A DNA stretch of 61,224 nt, the filler included, from Sphacelaria rigidula (Eukaryota): assembly GCA_964200075.2 (NCBI GenBank). It is 6 parts of 6 records of this genome, joined end to end, with 100 filler letters (N's around TTAATTAATTAA, not from the genome) between each part and the next. Parts side by side here need not be neighbours in the genome. Positions count along the whole stretch, not along the records: positions 10,223 to 20,343 come from CAXNAA020007092.1; positions 20,444 to 30,564 come from CAXNAA020007093.1; 4 more parts are not named here. One strand, given 5' to 3'. The notes under the pieces are model-generated. The model saw only the letters and a program-made list of their open reading frames with translations. It did not search any database and had not been told where the DNA came from. Within the stretch, counting starts at the first letter, position 1. The number at the start of each line of letters is the position of its first letter. This document shows, piece after piece, positions 11,901-24,028 of this stretch. The position numbers and the translations under genes are program-made.

Positions 11901-13480
11901 GGGTGTACGTATTTCGGGAAGGGGCATGGGGACGTTGAGCATGTCTTCTTCGCTCGAGACTAACCTTGGGGAGATGTTCAAGGTGCCTGATGAGCGAATC
12001 CTCAAGGCCGTGGAAAAAGCGAACAGCAGGTGCCTCATTGATCACCGCTACGTACGTCACCATCCATTATTGCGTTGCGTTGTTAGTGTTTTACACCGTT
12101 GTCCTTGGTATTGTTACCCAACATCTATTGTGCTTGTTGATGATGATGGCGATATGTCATGGACAGGTTTATACAAGCATCGAAGTGTTATACTAAATGA
12201 CTGACATAGTCTAGTCTCTGCGACGATTGAGTGAGACAGCAGGGTAACGACGGCTGCGCCTGTGAAATGCTATTCCCTCGTCATTCTTGCTGCCCACTTG
12301 ACCTTTTACGCTTCCTTGAAGAATTACTCTTGAGGAATTGGATAGTTAGATGAGTCAATGAATATTGCCCGAAAGAGCTGTTCCCAAAAAAACACCGCAC
12401 GGCAGCATCCTTTCGAATGATATCAACCATCGTTGTGGCGCTCACAATGGTTGGAAACAGAGCTGTACCCTCGGATGTGGCTGCTCTCGCGGGTGTGGAC
12501 TTGGCCGTTGCAAAGGAAGGATTGGTCAACCTCGCTACAACTGTTGGAGGAGATCTGGAGGTATCCAAGGACGGTAAGCAGGATACAAAAATATACTGGA
12601 TTGTACCTGTGTGTGATGTGTTGTCATCCCATCTGTTACTGAATTGTACCCGGTCACCAGTATTGTGCCCAGCAAGCAGTATTCAAAGGGTGGTGCATCG
12701 GAGTGTGTCCAGGAACACTGAGTATCTGCTGGAGTGCACCGTAAGGTATTCGATCCATCCAAAATATGAAACACTCCTGACTTCGTGTACGTAAAAAAGA
12801 ATGGGCCGAGAAAGTATATCCGAACGGGGGTTAAATATGATATTATTATTTGAATACTGTTCACTGCACTGTATGTGGTAACGTAGTTCACAGGCAGATC
12901 AGGCGTTTCTGTTTGTTTCGTCGTTTTCCAAATGAGATCGAGATGGCACCCCGGTTGCTGCGTTCTTCGATGCCAACATGGTATTCTAAATCACCGCGAG
13001 GGATGCCTGTAAATTGCCGATTGACACATATACAGGCTGTGGCACATATTGCTGCCGTGTGGTTTTGGAGCAGATTGGACCACTGCCCTACCGATTCAAT
13101 TCCGAGAGGCGCGCGTGTATTGATCGATTGATGATCGCTTGATCGTCTCACGTTCTTGTTTTTTAGTGCTGTAGCACGATCTGCACACCGGTAACTGTCC
13201 ACAATGTTGCGCGCCCTCACAAGTATTCAGGTCAGCCCTCCAACATACTTGCACGGCACTTTATGTCCACAGGAGATGTGGTGTACAATTTTCCGCCCAA
13301 TTTCCGAGCGCTGCTGCTGCAAAAGTCGGCGTACCAGCGGGCCGTGCAGACATTTCGTGCAGCATGGCCACCGTTATTTTATGCGATACGGGTGGGCTTC
13401 GGCGCCGCTCTCTTCGCGTCCATCGCCTTGATATTTTCGACAATCGTGGTGGCGGGCGCGGCAGCGGAGGGCGAAGATCG
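11901..13480 (+). CDS. Partial gene: At5g03900-like uncharacterised plastid/cyanobacterial-type membrane protein
   Basis: Exons 11901-12029, 12461-12573 and 13273-13480 join in phase at GT-AG to give KVPDERILKAVEKANSR-AVPSDVAALAGVDLAVAKEGLVNLATTVGGDLEVSKDG-DVVYNFP...RVGFGAALFASIALIFSTIVV, resembling the At5g03900 family from memory; 5' and 3' exons not found. Confidence 0.8.
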
Positions 13481-15382
13481 GTAAGGTCGTTTACCGGGGT
13501 GATGAAAGTTGTTTGCAAGTTAGACATGATGGATTGGTTAGCTGGTTGGGCGGGTGGGCAGGTGATTGATTGATTGATCGTCGCACATTAGCTGATCCCT
13601 GAGGGATCCAGCCGTGGTCATTAGTCGTTAGATGACAAGACAGACCTACCCAAGGTAAAAAGTAAAATCACAACTCTTGCTCAAGTAAACCCGAAAAAGG
13701 GGAGAAATGAAGGGGGGGCGAAAGATAGGGCAGACAAGAGTAGACTGGAGAAGGGTACGAGAAACCAAACGAACAAACAAAAAAGGGGCGCGCGGGGGGG
13801 GGGTAAGCATTCGGATGTGCATGCAGGATCGAAGATTGATGCGACAAGGTCACAGTCGATCGAAAGACAGTCTTGTCACGTCAAAGACCGTTCCGGTAGA
13901 GGCGTGGGACGACGGAGTTGGAAAGCACCCGCCTTGCCTGTGTTGGTAGGGTCTGGTGACACAAGCAGCTGTATGGTCCCCAAACAGCCTGGGATTCCGA
14001 AGCGGGCAAGCACTTTCCGCAAGAGCGTGCGACACGGGGAGTCGTGTGCCTTCTGCACGTGTCGATGAAGTACATGTTCGGTGGAATATTTCTCGCCCGT
14101 CCCAATTCCTGTAGTTGGCGAGCTGCAAACATCATGTCGGTGGTTGACCGCTGGCATCGGAATCCACACTCTTCTTAAGGGGAAATCGTCACCTTTCTGC
14201 AGGAGGAAATTACCGAGCCTGTCGGCTACGAGTTTACGAACCTTTCCCGGCATGGGCCGCGACGAAGACACCCCTATAGTTACCACACTCCACACTCGAT
14301 CCTAATCTTGTGTAGCGATTTGATGGTGGCATCCTCCTTTTCCTGCGGCATCTACCTCACCAGACGTTCAAGCCGTAACGATTCAGTGCAGGTAGTGCAT
14401 GATATCCTAAGACTCCCCGGCCAACCCGACCTTGAGGGAATCACCAGTTAGCGCACCTGGTCCCATCGCTTTTGTCGTTAGCCGTAACTCTCAGTGCCTC
14501 TTCTTTCACATCCAGAGTTGGCGGGTCTCGAGGTGACGTGGTTTGAGGTCGTGGCGCGATGCTCTTCATGATAATTGTATTGATCCTTGCCACTGTTGTC
14601 TTCATCAAAGCAGAAAAGTGTCCCTTCCATATCTCATGGATTGAATCCCTGCACCGCAGCAATCTTCCACTAACCCCCGTCTTCGTCAGGATGCGTGCCG
14701 CCAGCCTGTCGTGTGCCCGATTCTGATTCACTCCTCTGGTCCCTTCGCATACACGTCCAAGCACCTGTCCACCCCAGCTTTGATGTCCTCTTTGAGCCTC
14801 CTGCACGGTGCTGTCAAGGTGCGCCGTGCGGGGTTACCTCACCGCCCTGCTCGCATCGCCGACCCCGCCCTCTACCGTTCTTTCCACGCCTCTTCAAGCT
14901 CGGCTCGAATGCCAACATCCTGGAACTATCCTTGTCCACGGAGCTGTCGGGTCGGGCGTAACACTGGCTTCTAGGCGCATCTCAAAATTATGTCGGCAAA
15001 TTGGCGGCTTCTTCTCCTGCTGATGTGGCAGCTAATTCACCGACGATATCTTTGGGTCGCCCTGCTTAAGCTCGCCAAGGATACACTGTACGCGCTCTCA
15101 CGCCTGTCGATGTCAGCCGTAATTGCTCGTCCGTCTAAGGATTTGTGCTCGTTGGGAATTTGCCCTTGTCTGCTCCGTTCGGATCGGCGAAGGGTTCGTA
15201 CAGTGGTGGACATGGTGTTGCGGTCTGAGTACGGTGAGTTGGGCGAATACAGGTGGACAGCTATATTTGGAACAACTCGGCGGTGGGCTTGTCGTGTTGT
15301 AGTGCACTCATGTCTTTCTTGTCCACTGAATTCACGTGACGTATCTCTCTCGGGGAGTGTACTCGTGATCTTTCAATCCGTG

Positions 15383-15570
15383 GTCATAAGACTCTTGACC
15401 TTGCATACCTACAAAGCCAGGAAGGAGCACGCCGGGTTTTTGCCGGACCAGGCTCGCCATCAGTTACCAAGCGCGAAACGCCGTGATGTGTTCGGCGAGT
15501 CGCATGAAGGTTGAGCTACATCCTTCTAAGACTGTTCGACCCGAAGCGTACTCTTTTATCTTGCATACGG
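15383..15570 (+). repeat. Family E fragment
   Basis: gtcataagactcttgaccttgcatacctacaaagccagg...aagactgttcgacccgaagcgtact. Confidence 0.75.
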
Positions 15571-17524
15571 AAGACAGCCAACAATTATTTGCCTCAGCAC
15601 CCGTGTATGGTCCACACTTCTATAGCCCATCCACGAACCTAGACTCTACAACTGGACGACGAGCACTGCCCTCACGGTAGCCTTCGGTGGGAGCATAGTG
15701 TCCTCATGTTGACCAGAGCAAGTATTTTGTCCGCTGCAAGTTGTAGCAATCCAACACCTTCGCTGTCGCTGGCCCAGGTCACCCTTGTGCTTGCCCCTAC
15801 TATTTTCCGATCATCCTCTCCTGCTCTTGACCTTAGTTCTAGCATTAGCGTACCCCACAAGAAGCGGGTGGTTGTTGGGACAACTCGGTCCACGGTGCTG
15901 TCAACCTCACTTCAGAACATGTCCCTCCCTTCTCTGGACAAGGATATGTCTGTGTAGGCCTAGGCAATTACAAACGTGACGATGTTCGATTTGCCAGCTA
16001 GGTTGGAAGTCATCGACATCGAAGCGCTCGCTGGTAAATGCCTGTGTCAACGTAGCCTCGTTGATGATCGACTCCTTGATCGCCAACCCAACCACATGTC
16101 GCCCGGCCTCCCCCTTTCCTCCTTCCCTGCTGGAACAGAGAATACGCTATGCCGCGACAGAGGACTAACTTCGGCCTGATATCTGAGCCTCCTGCAGTTC
16201 AATGACGTCACAACCCTATTGCTTCGCACATCTATACGACCACCTCAGTATGGATAGTGCGGTTCTGTTCCGTGAGAGACTTTGCGAGTGGTGGAAGTCG
16301 CCCCTGTGAGTTCCCCGATGCGGGAGGTAGGTGGAGTTCTATACACCGCCACACGCTCTACTCTTGGTTTTTGTCGACCTTTCTGGTCATGCTCCCCTTT
16401 TGATCTTCCATGTGAGCAGTTTTTTTTCTGTTCCAAGTTTCTCCTTGGTTCATCCAGTCAGGTGTATGCCTTGCATTTTGGTCTCACGGGAAGAGGTCAG
16501 CCGTCCCAGCCCCCCGATTCTAGTACTTTTTTGTGCCTCATCTCTGTCGACGCGTTTTCCGTGACTGTCTCTCAAATCTGAGAACTGTGTAGCTGCAGAA
16601 TTAAGCTACGAGCTCCAACCTCATGACATGGCCTACCGACTAGTCGACTCGTCTGCATATTGCCTCACCACCGGATATAGCCGACAGACTGGTGTCTGGG
16701 TACTGTCATCTCTCTTCGCGTACCGTTGCATTGTTTATTTGCTTGTCGGGTTTCGTTTTCCCGACACAGGCATCCCCAGTAGAGCAGCGGTTGGGGGTGA
16801 AGGGACAGCTCACTCATGAACTCATAGGACAAGCGGCAGGCCCAGGTATACCTAGACATTGTTTGGCCACAAAACAGGAACTGGCTGAGCCGCAATACAA
16901 GCGACTAAACTGCGGCATACATGGTCGTGACGAGAGCAGCAACGGGGACATGTAAACATCTCGTCTTTTCTTCGAAATCTATATATCAACGTTCTGCTGT
17001 ACCTGAAGCTAACGGAAAAGATGCCTGCTCGCAACGGTTTTTAGGGAGCTGAAATTCCGCATTTACCTACCCTCTTCTAACCGTCGCCAAACAACGATGG
17101 TCGTGCGTACACTACGGAGCTCTTCCCACTAGGTACACGTGCTAACGAGCTTGTGCTCCGATCTCCGAACGGAGTTCGACTCTTACATTGGGAGATTCGG
17201 CTAACGAGTTTGCCACCAACAGAACCCCATGCCCCGACGACGCGGGCGCGACCTATGCTAGCAGGAAAGAGTAGTGCACGTCGAAGCTCTACAAGAGTCG
17301 AGCACGCAGATACTTGGCCATCGACGGTAAACCGTGGAGGAAGGAAAACACGCAGTAAAATAGCCCTCCCATCATTATGTCGTCCATGGCATCCTCTCGC
17401 TTGCAGGATGGATGTACGATGCTCAAACTACGTACACATCTACGGGGAATACGGCATAGTACAGTGCAGTATATTGGGCAGTAACGCACACACAAAACAC
17501 GGGTTATAGCGCGCTGTACTGTTA

Positions 17525-17995
17525 TGTCCGCCCTGTCGGTTGGCAACGACGCCGTGAAGCATCGTAGGCTGGGCAATCAGGTTACCGCTTTTTTTTTTGC
17601 TTGCGTCTTTTTTGCGGCATCCATGATGATCGTCGAGTTAGAGAAGATTGTGCGGGGTGAACAACCTCAAGTCGGCGCAAAGGGGATAATCGTACTACGT
17701 AGTGTTTACATGATACGATACCCATGAGGCAGTGCAACCCGTGGCTGTCTCAAGAAGTAGCGATACCAGAAAATGGAGCGACTCATTCGACGCTGTCGTC
17801 CGCATGCAAGATAATTATTACGCTTCCGACCGAATAATCGTAGCACGATGCAGGTCACCCCTCATGCAACTTACGGAACACATCACGGCGCTTGGCGCTT
17901 CGTAGTTGATCGCGAGCCTGGTCTGGCGAAAACACGACGTGCTCCGTCCCGGCCATATGGGGATGCGAAGTCAACGGTCTTATGTCTATGGCATG
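17525..17995 (-). repeat. Family E copy (diverged, internally deleted)
   Basis: Reverse complement of most of 38630-39130. Confidence 0.75.
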
Positions 17996-18530
17996 CAGAA
18001 TCTTGAGTACATCCCTCCATATGTTTCTTTTTCTGCTGGGTCATCGCACTTACAGGAGTTTCGGCCAACACGACGACTACACAATGCAGTGTGACTGTGA
18101 AGCATCTTCTCTTGTTGTGTGAGTCGGTTGTGAGACGACATCATTATTTTGGGACATGACGCACACGTATCCTATCACCCTAACAGCCGTGGTGCGTCAC
18201 GGCCTACTGTACGGCAACGTGGTGTGCTTTACTGTGCCGCACTGCCTGTGCGCATGCACGTGTATCATACAGAGGGCAGAGGACAAGCGCGTGTCATCAA
18301 CGACACTAGCAGTACTGCAGTAGCGCTACTTTACCGTCTGCTTCCCCACCTCGATTAGTTCCCGTCGGTCGTTGACTTTGGCGCTCTTGACTCTTGGCGC
18401 GCATGACTTTTCCTTGTTGGCGCTCGTTACGCCTCTGCTCATCCGCGCGTTGCTTGTCTTTGCTGGGCATACTCGATAGCCTAATCTCCGCACGTGAGTC
18501 GGACTTAGTTCGAAAATCGGAACAGTTGTC

Positions 18531-18766
18531 CAAGGGTGTGTTGGGTAGGGTAAATACCCGGATATCTGATTTACTCTCCCGAATTATGTTTCGCGATGGT
18601 CCAATCTCCAGACTACCCAAATATTGGATGAAGTTCGGTACGATCGCATCACCTTACTACCCAATATATGGGTATTGTTTAGTTCGATTTTAGTACTTCA
18701 TCTACCAAATTCTTGGGTGTTTCAAAATACCCAAACATGGGAAATACCCTACCCAACACAGCCTTG
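18531..18766. mobile_element. MITE (236 bp)
   Basis: TIR caagggtgtgttgggtagggta / taccctacccaacacagccttg (1 mismatch in 22). Confidence 0.8.
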
Positions 18767-19661
18767 CAAAGTGTCGTGCATTTAAACGTGTGCGTATCTT
18801 GCCTCAAGAGCTCAAACGTGTACCACCTTTCTGTCTTGCAATTGTTGGAAGAGCGGAATGTTTCAGCTGATCGGAACCCGACACAAACAGGTACAATTTC
18901 TACCAGGTACAGGTACAGGTACAGTAGGACGTTTAGGTATAGATTTGGGACGAAAGACGGAGGCCTCAGGTGTATCTCTGCATCTTTTTGAAGGCACGCT
19001 GTGGTGCCGACCAATTACATGGTAAAAATCAACATGTACCTGTTTTGTGACCAAGAAACGTTCAGGCATACCTGAATATGTCGTTCGCCCTCAATCTATG
19101 ATGTGTGCTGTATGCGTGACGTTTTCTATATGTAGGCGTTGTATCTCCGCCGAAAAGTCTTTCTTCTAACCCCCCCTCTCCCCCACCCCCGCGCCAAAAA
19201 AAGACCGTCAAGTGTCTAATTAGAGATTCCAGAGTTCAAAATGTGTTGATTCACAATTTGGATGTTGTACCTATGATCGTTGCGCGCTTGCTGGTGCTTT
19301 TGCAATGTGCAGGGATCGTGGACGGTCTCGCGGCAGAGGCATGATGAATGACGATGGCTGGGGTGGGATGGGTTTCTTCCGGCCTACACTCTTCGACGTC
19401 TTTTACTGGCGGCCATATTATGGCTACTATAACACCCCTCCGATCCAACGGCGGGACCCTGAAGAGATGGGGTGAGTTGACATGAGGACACAAGTAGTCG
19501 ACCGTACAGCAGGAGTTTTGACGAGTGATAGCCTACAGTACACCGTTCAGTTAACGTCTAAATTCGCTGATATGAGTTGCCAGGTGATGCGTGTTATTCA
19601 TCCACTTCGACGAAAAAATCGGCTATTCTACGGTACGTATTAATACTACACTATTTGACGG

Positions 19662-19696
<35 letters not shown>

Positions 19697-19705
19697 TGTA
19701 CACAC
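19662..19705. repeat. (TA)n(CA)n microsatellite
   Basis: Direct reading. Confidence 0.9.
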
Positions 19706-20343
19706 GCTTCAATTTTCCTATTTTCTGGTAGAATGCCAAAAAGTAAGCGTGCTGGCTGTCCCGGACCCCAACACTCCGGCACCAACGTATTCTACACACC
19801 AATGGGGACAGTTTATCGACATTCAGGTATATTTGTACGAATACTCGAGTGTGACTAACCATCGTAGTTGACTTGATATATTTCAGGCGTAATTATGATA
19901 CAGGTGCCATGAAACGCGGCACACCACATCCCGTATCACCGCCGCACCCCGGTAATTTGTGCAATAGGTACAACTGGTACCACTGGCATAACTGGTACCA
20001 CTGGTGCAATAACTGAGACTCGCTACTGTGGGAGACTGAGGGTTCGAATCCCGGCAGGTGTAGGTTCAGATTTCTGTTCGAAAAAGTATCTGGTTTCCGT
20101 CCTTGAAAACATGAGAATGTCAGCAACAAAGAGTGATGTACTTATTTGACGACAGTCGGCGCGGTGTGGGAGTACTGGTGGTCATGATCCAATCCGCAAG
20201 ACTAAAATGTAAGGCGTGTACCGGGGGATAGGGGATAGATGAGCTGATGGCTTGATACCACGACAGGGGCGCACTTTTTTCGCGAAATTTTGTCTGGTTT
20301 AGGGGCTCCTAACGAGTCTAGACGCACAAGAATATGGGTCAGG

Positions 20344-20443
20344 NNNNNNNNNNNNNNNNNNNNNNNNNNNNNNNNNNNNNNNNNNNNTTAATTAATTAAN
20401 NNNNNNNNNNNNNNNNNNNNNNNNNNNNNNNNNNNNNNNNNNN
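20344..20443. other. Artificial contig linker
   Basis: N44-TTAATTAATTAA-N44. Confidence 0.97.
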
Positions 20444-20509
20444 GAACGGTACTCCAGACAAACTCAGAAAAAAGGACGACTACGAACTCTGAAAACTTCT
20501 GACGCTGAC

Positions 20510-20915
20510 TACTATAAGAGCGCTAGGGTGCGGGTGACGCCAAGATGACATGACAAGTCTGTGACAGCCTTTCATGACCCAGGGGCGCATTAATAACGAA
20601 ACATATATGCGCGTGGGTTTGTCATCGACTAGTCGTGCGTGGCGTCCCGTGGTGGAAGTAGTGATTGCGCCTGGTAAAGGCGAGGGTCGACGCACGAGTA
20701 ATTGCACACCGTCGTCCGTGGTATAAAACGTCCCTCCACGAACGAGTTTATATACCTTGGAGATGTCTGGTGGTAGCAGTGTGCCAACAGGAGCCAAACA
20801 TTCGGGCGGCGAAGGGACTGCGCAGTCGAGCTGTAAGTAACGGGTGGCTGCGCGAAATAGTGGTTCTGTGTTTTGTTCGCTACCCCAATCACGGTAGAAC
20901 AATCGTAAGAAGTAG
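20510..20915 (-). pseudogene. Ty3/Gypsy-type pol fragment entering the integrase zinc-binding domain
   Basis: ...RIYVSLLMRPWVMKGCH then frameshift to SCHLGVTRTLAL, the H..HLG..RT signature; truncated on both sides. Confidence 0.7.
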
Positions 20916-20921
20916 GTGTTC

Positions 20922-21022
20922 TCATGATCTCGCATGACGTGATCATGAAACTGTTTCATCTTGCATCCCTAGAAAGCCCGGGCGGAGCACGCCGGCGTTT
21001 GCCGGACGCGAAGCGCCGTGAA
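20922..21022 (+). repeat. Family E fragment
   Basis: tcatgatc..gcatg...cttgcatccctagaaagcccgggcggagcacgccgg...gcgaagcgccgtg. Confidence 0.6.
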
Positions 21023-21866
21023 AGGGTTGGGGAATACGTAAATCGCGATAATATGTCGCCCACTACGTTATCGGACACGAGGGGGGCTCCTGCGCAGCGC
21101 TTGTTGCCCACGGCACTGTTTGACTCACGGGCGCCCTCGAAAGTTCGTGAAAGTCGATTCGCTTGCTCCGCTCAAGCCGTGGTCATCTTCTTTTTGCGTC
21201 AGTATTCGATTCAGATCAACAAAATCATTCAGTTTCATTTCTGGGGATAAGTTCAAGAGTCTGGAGGAATCAACGCATGTCTTCTGGTGCCGTGTGACAT
21301 GCTTGACATTTTGGTGCTACAAATTGGACCGACACTACCGCATCCCTTCGACTCTCATCAAATAGTTCCCTTCACCGACATCTACATGTTGCCGAGGACG
21401 GACATCAGATTCGTGGAAGAAACATCTATCCGCCGGGACTCGAACGTCAACCACTCGCCCTTCCCGCTTTCAGAGGAAGCCAATGCGTCACCGAGACGCG
21501 GTGGTATGAGGTATGACTACAAATGCACATTCCTAAAAGGTAGCCTGCCGAAAGCATCGAGGCAACCGAAGACGCATGCCATGAGATCGAAGAGACGGAA
21601 ATCAGCAAAAAAAAAAGCATGCTACCGAACATATTGCTGAAGATGATCAGCGATCACGCAATATGCTAAAAACATGACTTTGCGACCTCCACCTCCCCCC
21701 GCCACCATTCAAATACAGTGGCACCGTACCGCCCGAAAACGATCAAACTGATATTCATCACGGAGACTGACACGAAAAATGACCAGCATCTGAGATGGAT
21801 ACTGTTGCACAGCGCTATGCCAAACATCATCCGGGAAAAAGGGCGTGCACGATCTCGGCCATCAGG

Positions 21867-23642
21867 CTATCTCTCTCGCGGGTAGGATGACGCGAACGCA
21901 TGACCAGAGGGGGCAGACACGTCTAATTCTGACTTCACGTCCGCGCCATCTTCAACAAACATCACATCATCCCCCACTGCAACATCATGTAACTGCTCCA
22001 CCCGCACTGTCCGGCGTAGCTGCTTCGTCGTCCTTCCACTGACGTTACTACCGCGGATCATTTTCATGGCCTTGCCCCTGGACCTGCCATTGTCCATGCT
22101 TTCGCAAGTGCTGGGCTGCGCAGAAAACAGGTCGCTACTTATCAACCCCTTCGAAGGTCGCGCAGGCGTAATAGTCGTCTCCATTTCTATTTTCATGCGC
22201 GTCTCTGCTGCATCTACAGGAACTCGCTCCACTGCTGCCGCATCGGGGGGCTGTTCCAGAGCGGTGGGCGGTGTTGGTACAGAATTTGCACCCCGATGTC
22301 CAGCATCGATGCCGACACTAGTCTCCCCCGCGGCCAAGCCATCATTGAGATGGTGGTGTTCATGGACATGTCCTGCCACATCAGACGACATGGCCAGTTC
22401 ATGTGCAGCATCGCTACAGGTATTCCCACATCCCCGAACCTGGTTGACACAAGACTGCGAGGCGCATTGATGACCCATTCCCGCCTGGATGTGCACGGCG
22501 CAAAACTGCACCTTTCTGCCACGTGCTGGATCGAACCGTGGTCGTTTGAAGCAGCCCTCCTTCACGCACCGCTCGTGTTTTACGTCAACCATGTCCGCCC
22601 GGGCGCGTGTGGCACACAACTCCGGCTCATCACTGGCTGCACCGGACGATGGGTGTTTGGAGCAGCTCTCCTTGCCGCACCGCTCCTTCTTCACGTCAAC
22701 CATGCCCGCGAGGGCGTGTGTGGCGCAGAACTCTGCCTGCCTGCCACCGGCTGCACCGAACGATGGTCGTTTGGAGCAGCCCTCTTTGCCGCACTGCTCG
22801 CTTCTCATGTCAATCATGCCCGCCCGGGCGTGTGTGGCGCAAAACTCCGCCTTTCTGCCACCGGCTGAACCAAACGCTGCTTGTTTCAAGCAACCATCGT
22901 AGCTACACCGCTTGTTTCTCATGCCAATCATACCGGCCAGGGCGTGTGTAGCGCAGAACTCTGCCTTTCCGCCACCGGCTGCACGGAACGATGCTCGTCT
23001 CGAGCAACTATCGTAGCCGCACCGCTTGTTTCTCACGTCAACCATGCCCGCGAGGGCGTGTGTGGCGCAGAACTCTGCCTTCCCATCACCGGCTGCACCG
23101 AACGATGGTCGTTTGGAGCAGCCCTCTTTGCCGCAGTGCTTGCTCCTCACGTCAACCATGCCGGCCCGGGCGTGTGTGGCGCAGAACTCCGCCTTTCTGA
23201 CACCGGCTGCACCGAACGATGCTTGTGTCGAGCAACCATCGTAGCCGCACCTCTTGTGTCTCACGTTAATCATGCCGGCCCGGGCGTGTGTGGCGCAGAA
23301 CTCCGCTTTTCCGCTACCGGCTGCACCAAGCGATGCTCGTTTGGAGCAACCATCGTAGCCGCACCGCTTGTTTCTCACGTCAACCATGTCCGCCGGGGCG
23401 TGTGTGACGCAGAACTCCGCTTTTCCGCTACCGGCTGCACCGAAAGATGGTTGCTTGGAGCAGCCCTCTTTGCCGCAACGCTTGTGTTTCATCTTCATCA
23501 TACTCGCTGGGGCGTGTGTAACGCAGAACTCCGCCTTTCCGCCACCGGCTGCACCGAACGATGGTCGTTCGGAGCATCCCTCTTTGCCACAACGCTTGTG
23601 TTTCATGTTAATCATGCTCGTCGGGGTGTGTGTGACGCACAA
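21867..23642 (-). CDS. EsV-1-7 cysteine-rich repeat protein (10 tandem ~38-aa C-x4-C-x16-C-x2-H repeats plus low-complexity C-terminus)
   Basis: 591-codon intronless frame; consensus KRCG(KE/YD)GCSKx(P/A)SFGAAGGGKAEFCATHARAGMVDVR; first in-frame ATG near 23615. Confidence 0.9.
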   Translation of the reverse strand: MCVTHTPTSMINMKHKRCGKEGCSERPSFGAAGGGKAEFCVTHAPASMMKMKHKRCGKEGCSKQPSFGAAGSGKAEFCVTHAPADMVDVRNKRCGYDGCSKRASLGAAGSGKAEFCATHARAGMINVRHKRCGYDGCSTQASFGAAGVRKAEFCATHARAGMVDVRSKHCGKEGCSKRPSFGAAGDGKAEFCATHALAGMVDVRNKRCGYDSCSRRASFRAAGGGKAEFCATHALAGMIGMRNKRCSYDGCLKQAAFGSAGGRKAEFCATHARAGMIDMRSEQCGKEGCSKRPSFGAAGGRQAEFCATHALAGMVDVKKERCGKESCSKHPSSGAASDEPELCATRARADMVDVKHERCVKEGCFKRPRFDPARGRKVQFCAVHIQAGMGHQCASQSCVNQVRGCGNTCSDAAHELAMSSDVAGHVHEHHHLNDGLAAGETSVGIDAGHRGANSVPTPPTALEQPPDAAAVERVPVDAAETRMKIEMETTITPARPSKGLISSDLFSAQPSTCESMDNGRSRGKAMKMIRGSNVSGRTTKQLRRTVRVEQLHDVAVGDDVMFVEDGADVKSELDVSAPSGHAFASSYPRER

Positions 23643-24028
23643 CTCCCGTTTCCCACCATCGGCCGAACCGAAAGATGCTTGTTTCGAGCAACCCTGCCTG
23701 CCTCACCGCTCGCTTTTTCACCTTGACCATGCCCGCCCGGGCGTGTGTGACGCAGAGCACTGCCTTTCTGCCGCCGGCTGCACCGAACGATGGTTGTTTG
23801 AATCAGCCCTCCTTGCTACACGGCTTTTTTTGCTACGTCAACCATGCCAGCCAGGACGTGTGTGGCGCAGAACTCCGCCTTCACGCCACCGGCTGCATTG
23901 AACGATGGGTATTTGGGGCAGCCCCTCTTGTCTCCCTGCCTGCCGACGAATGCTTCCTGGCGTATTTGTGGCGCAGAAGTCCGCCGTCCTGGCACCGGCT
24001 GTACCGAACGATGGTGATTTGAAGTAAC
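23643..24028 (-). pseudogene. About four degenerate EsV-1-7 repeats upstream of the open frame
   Basis: PSFGTAGARTADFCAT / GCPKYPSFNAAGGVKAEFCATH / CSKEG*FKQPSFGAAGGRKAVLCVTH / R*GRQGCSKQASFGS, separated by 3 frameshifts and 2 stops; candidate acceptor gtgcag near 24029. Confidence 0.8.

Noticed and set aside
22066..23901. Plus-strand ORFs up to 281 aa over the EsV-1-7 gene
   Set aside because: Antisense shadows of the GC-rich 114-nt repeats
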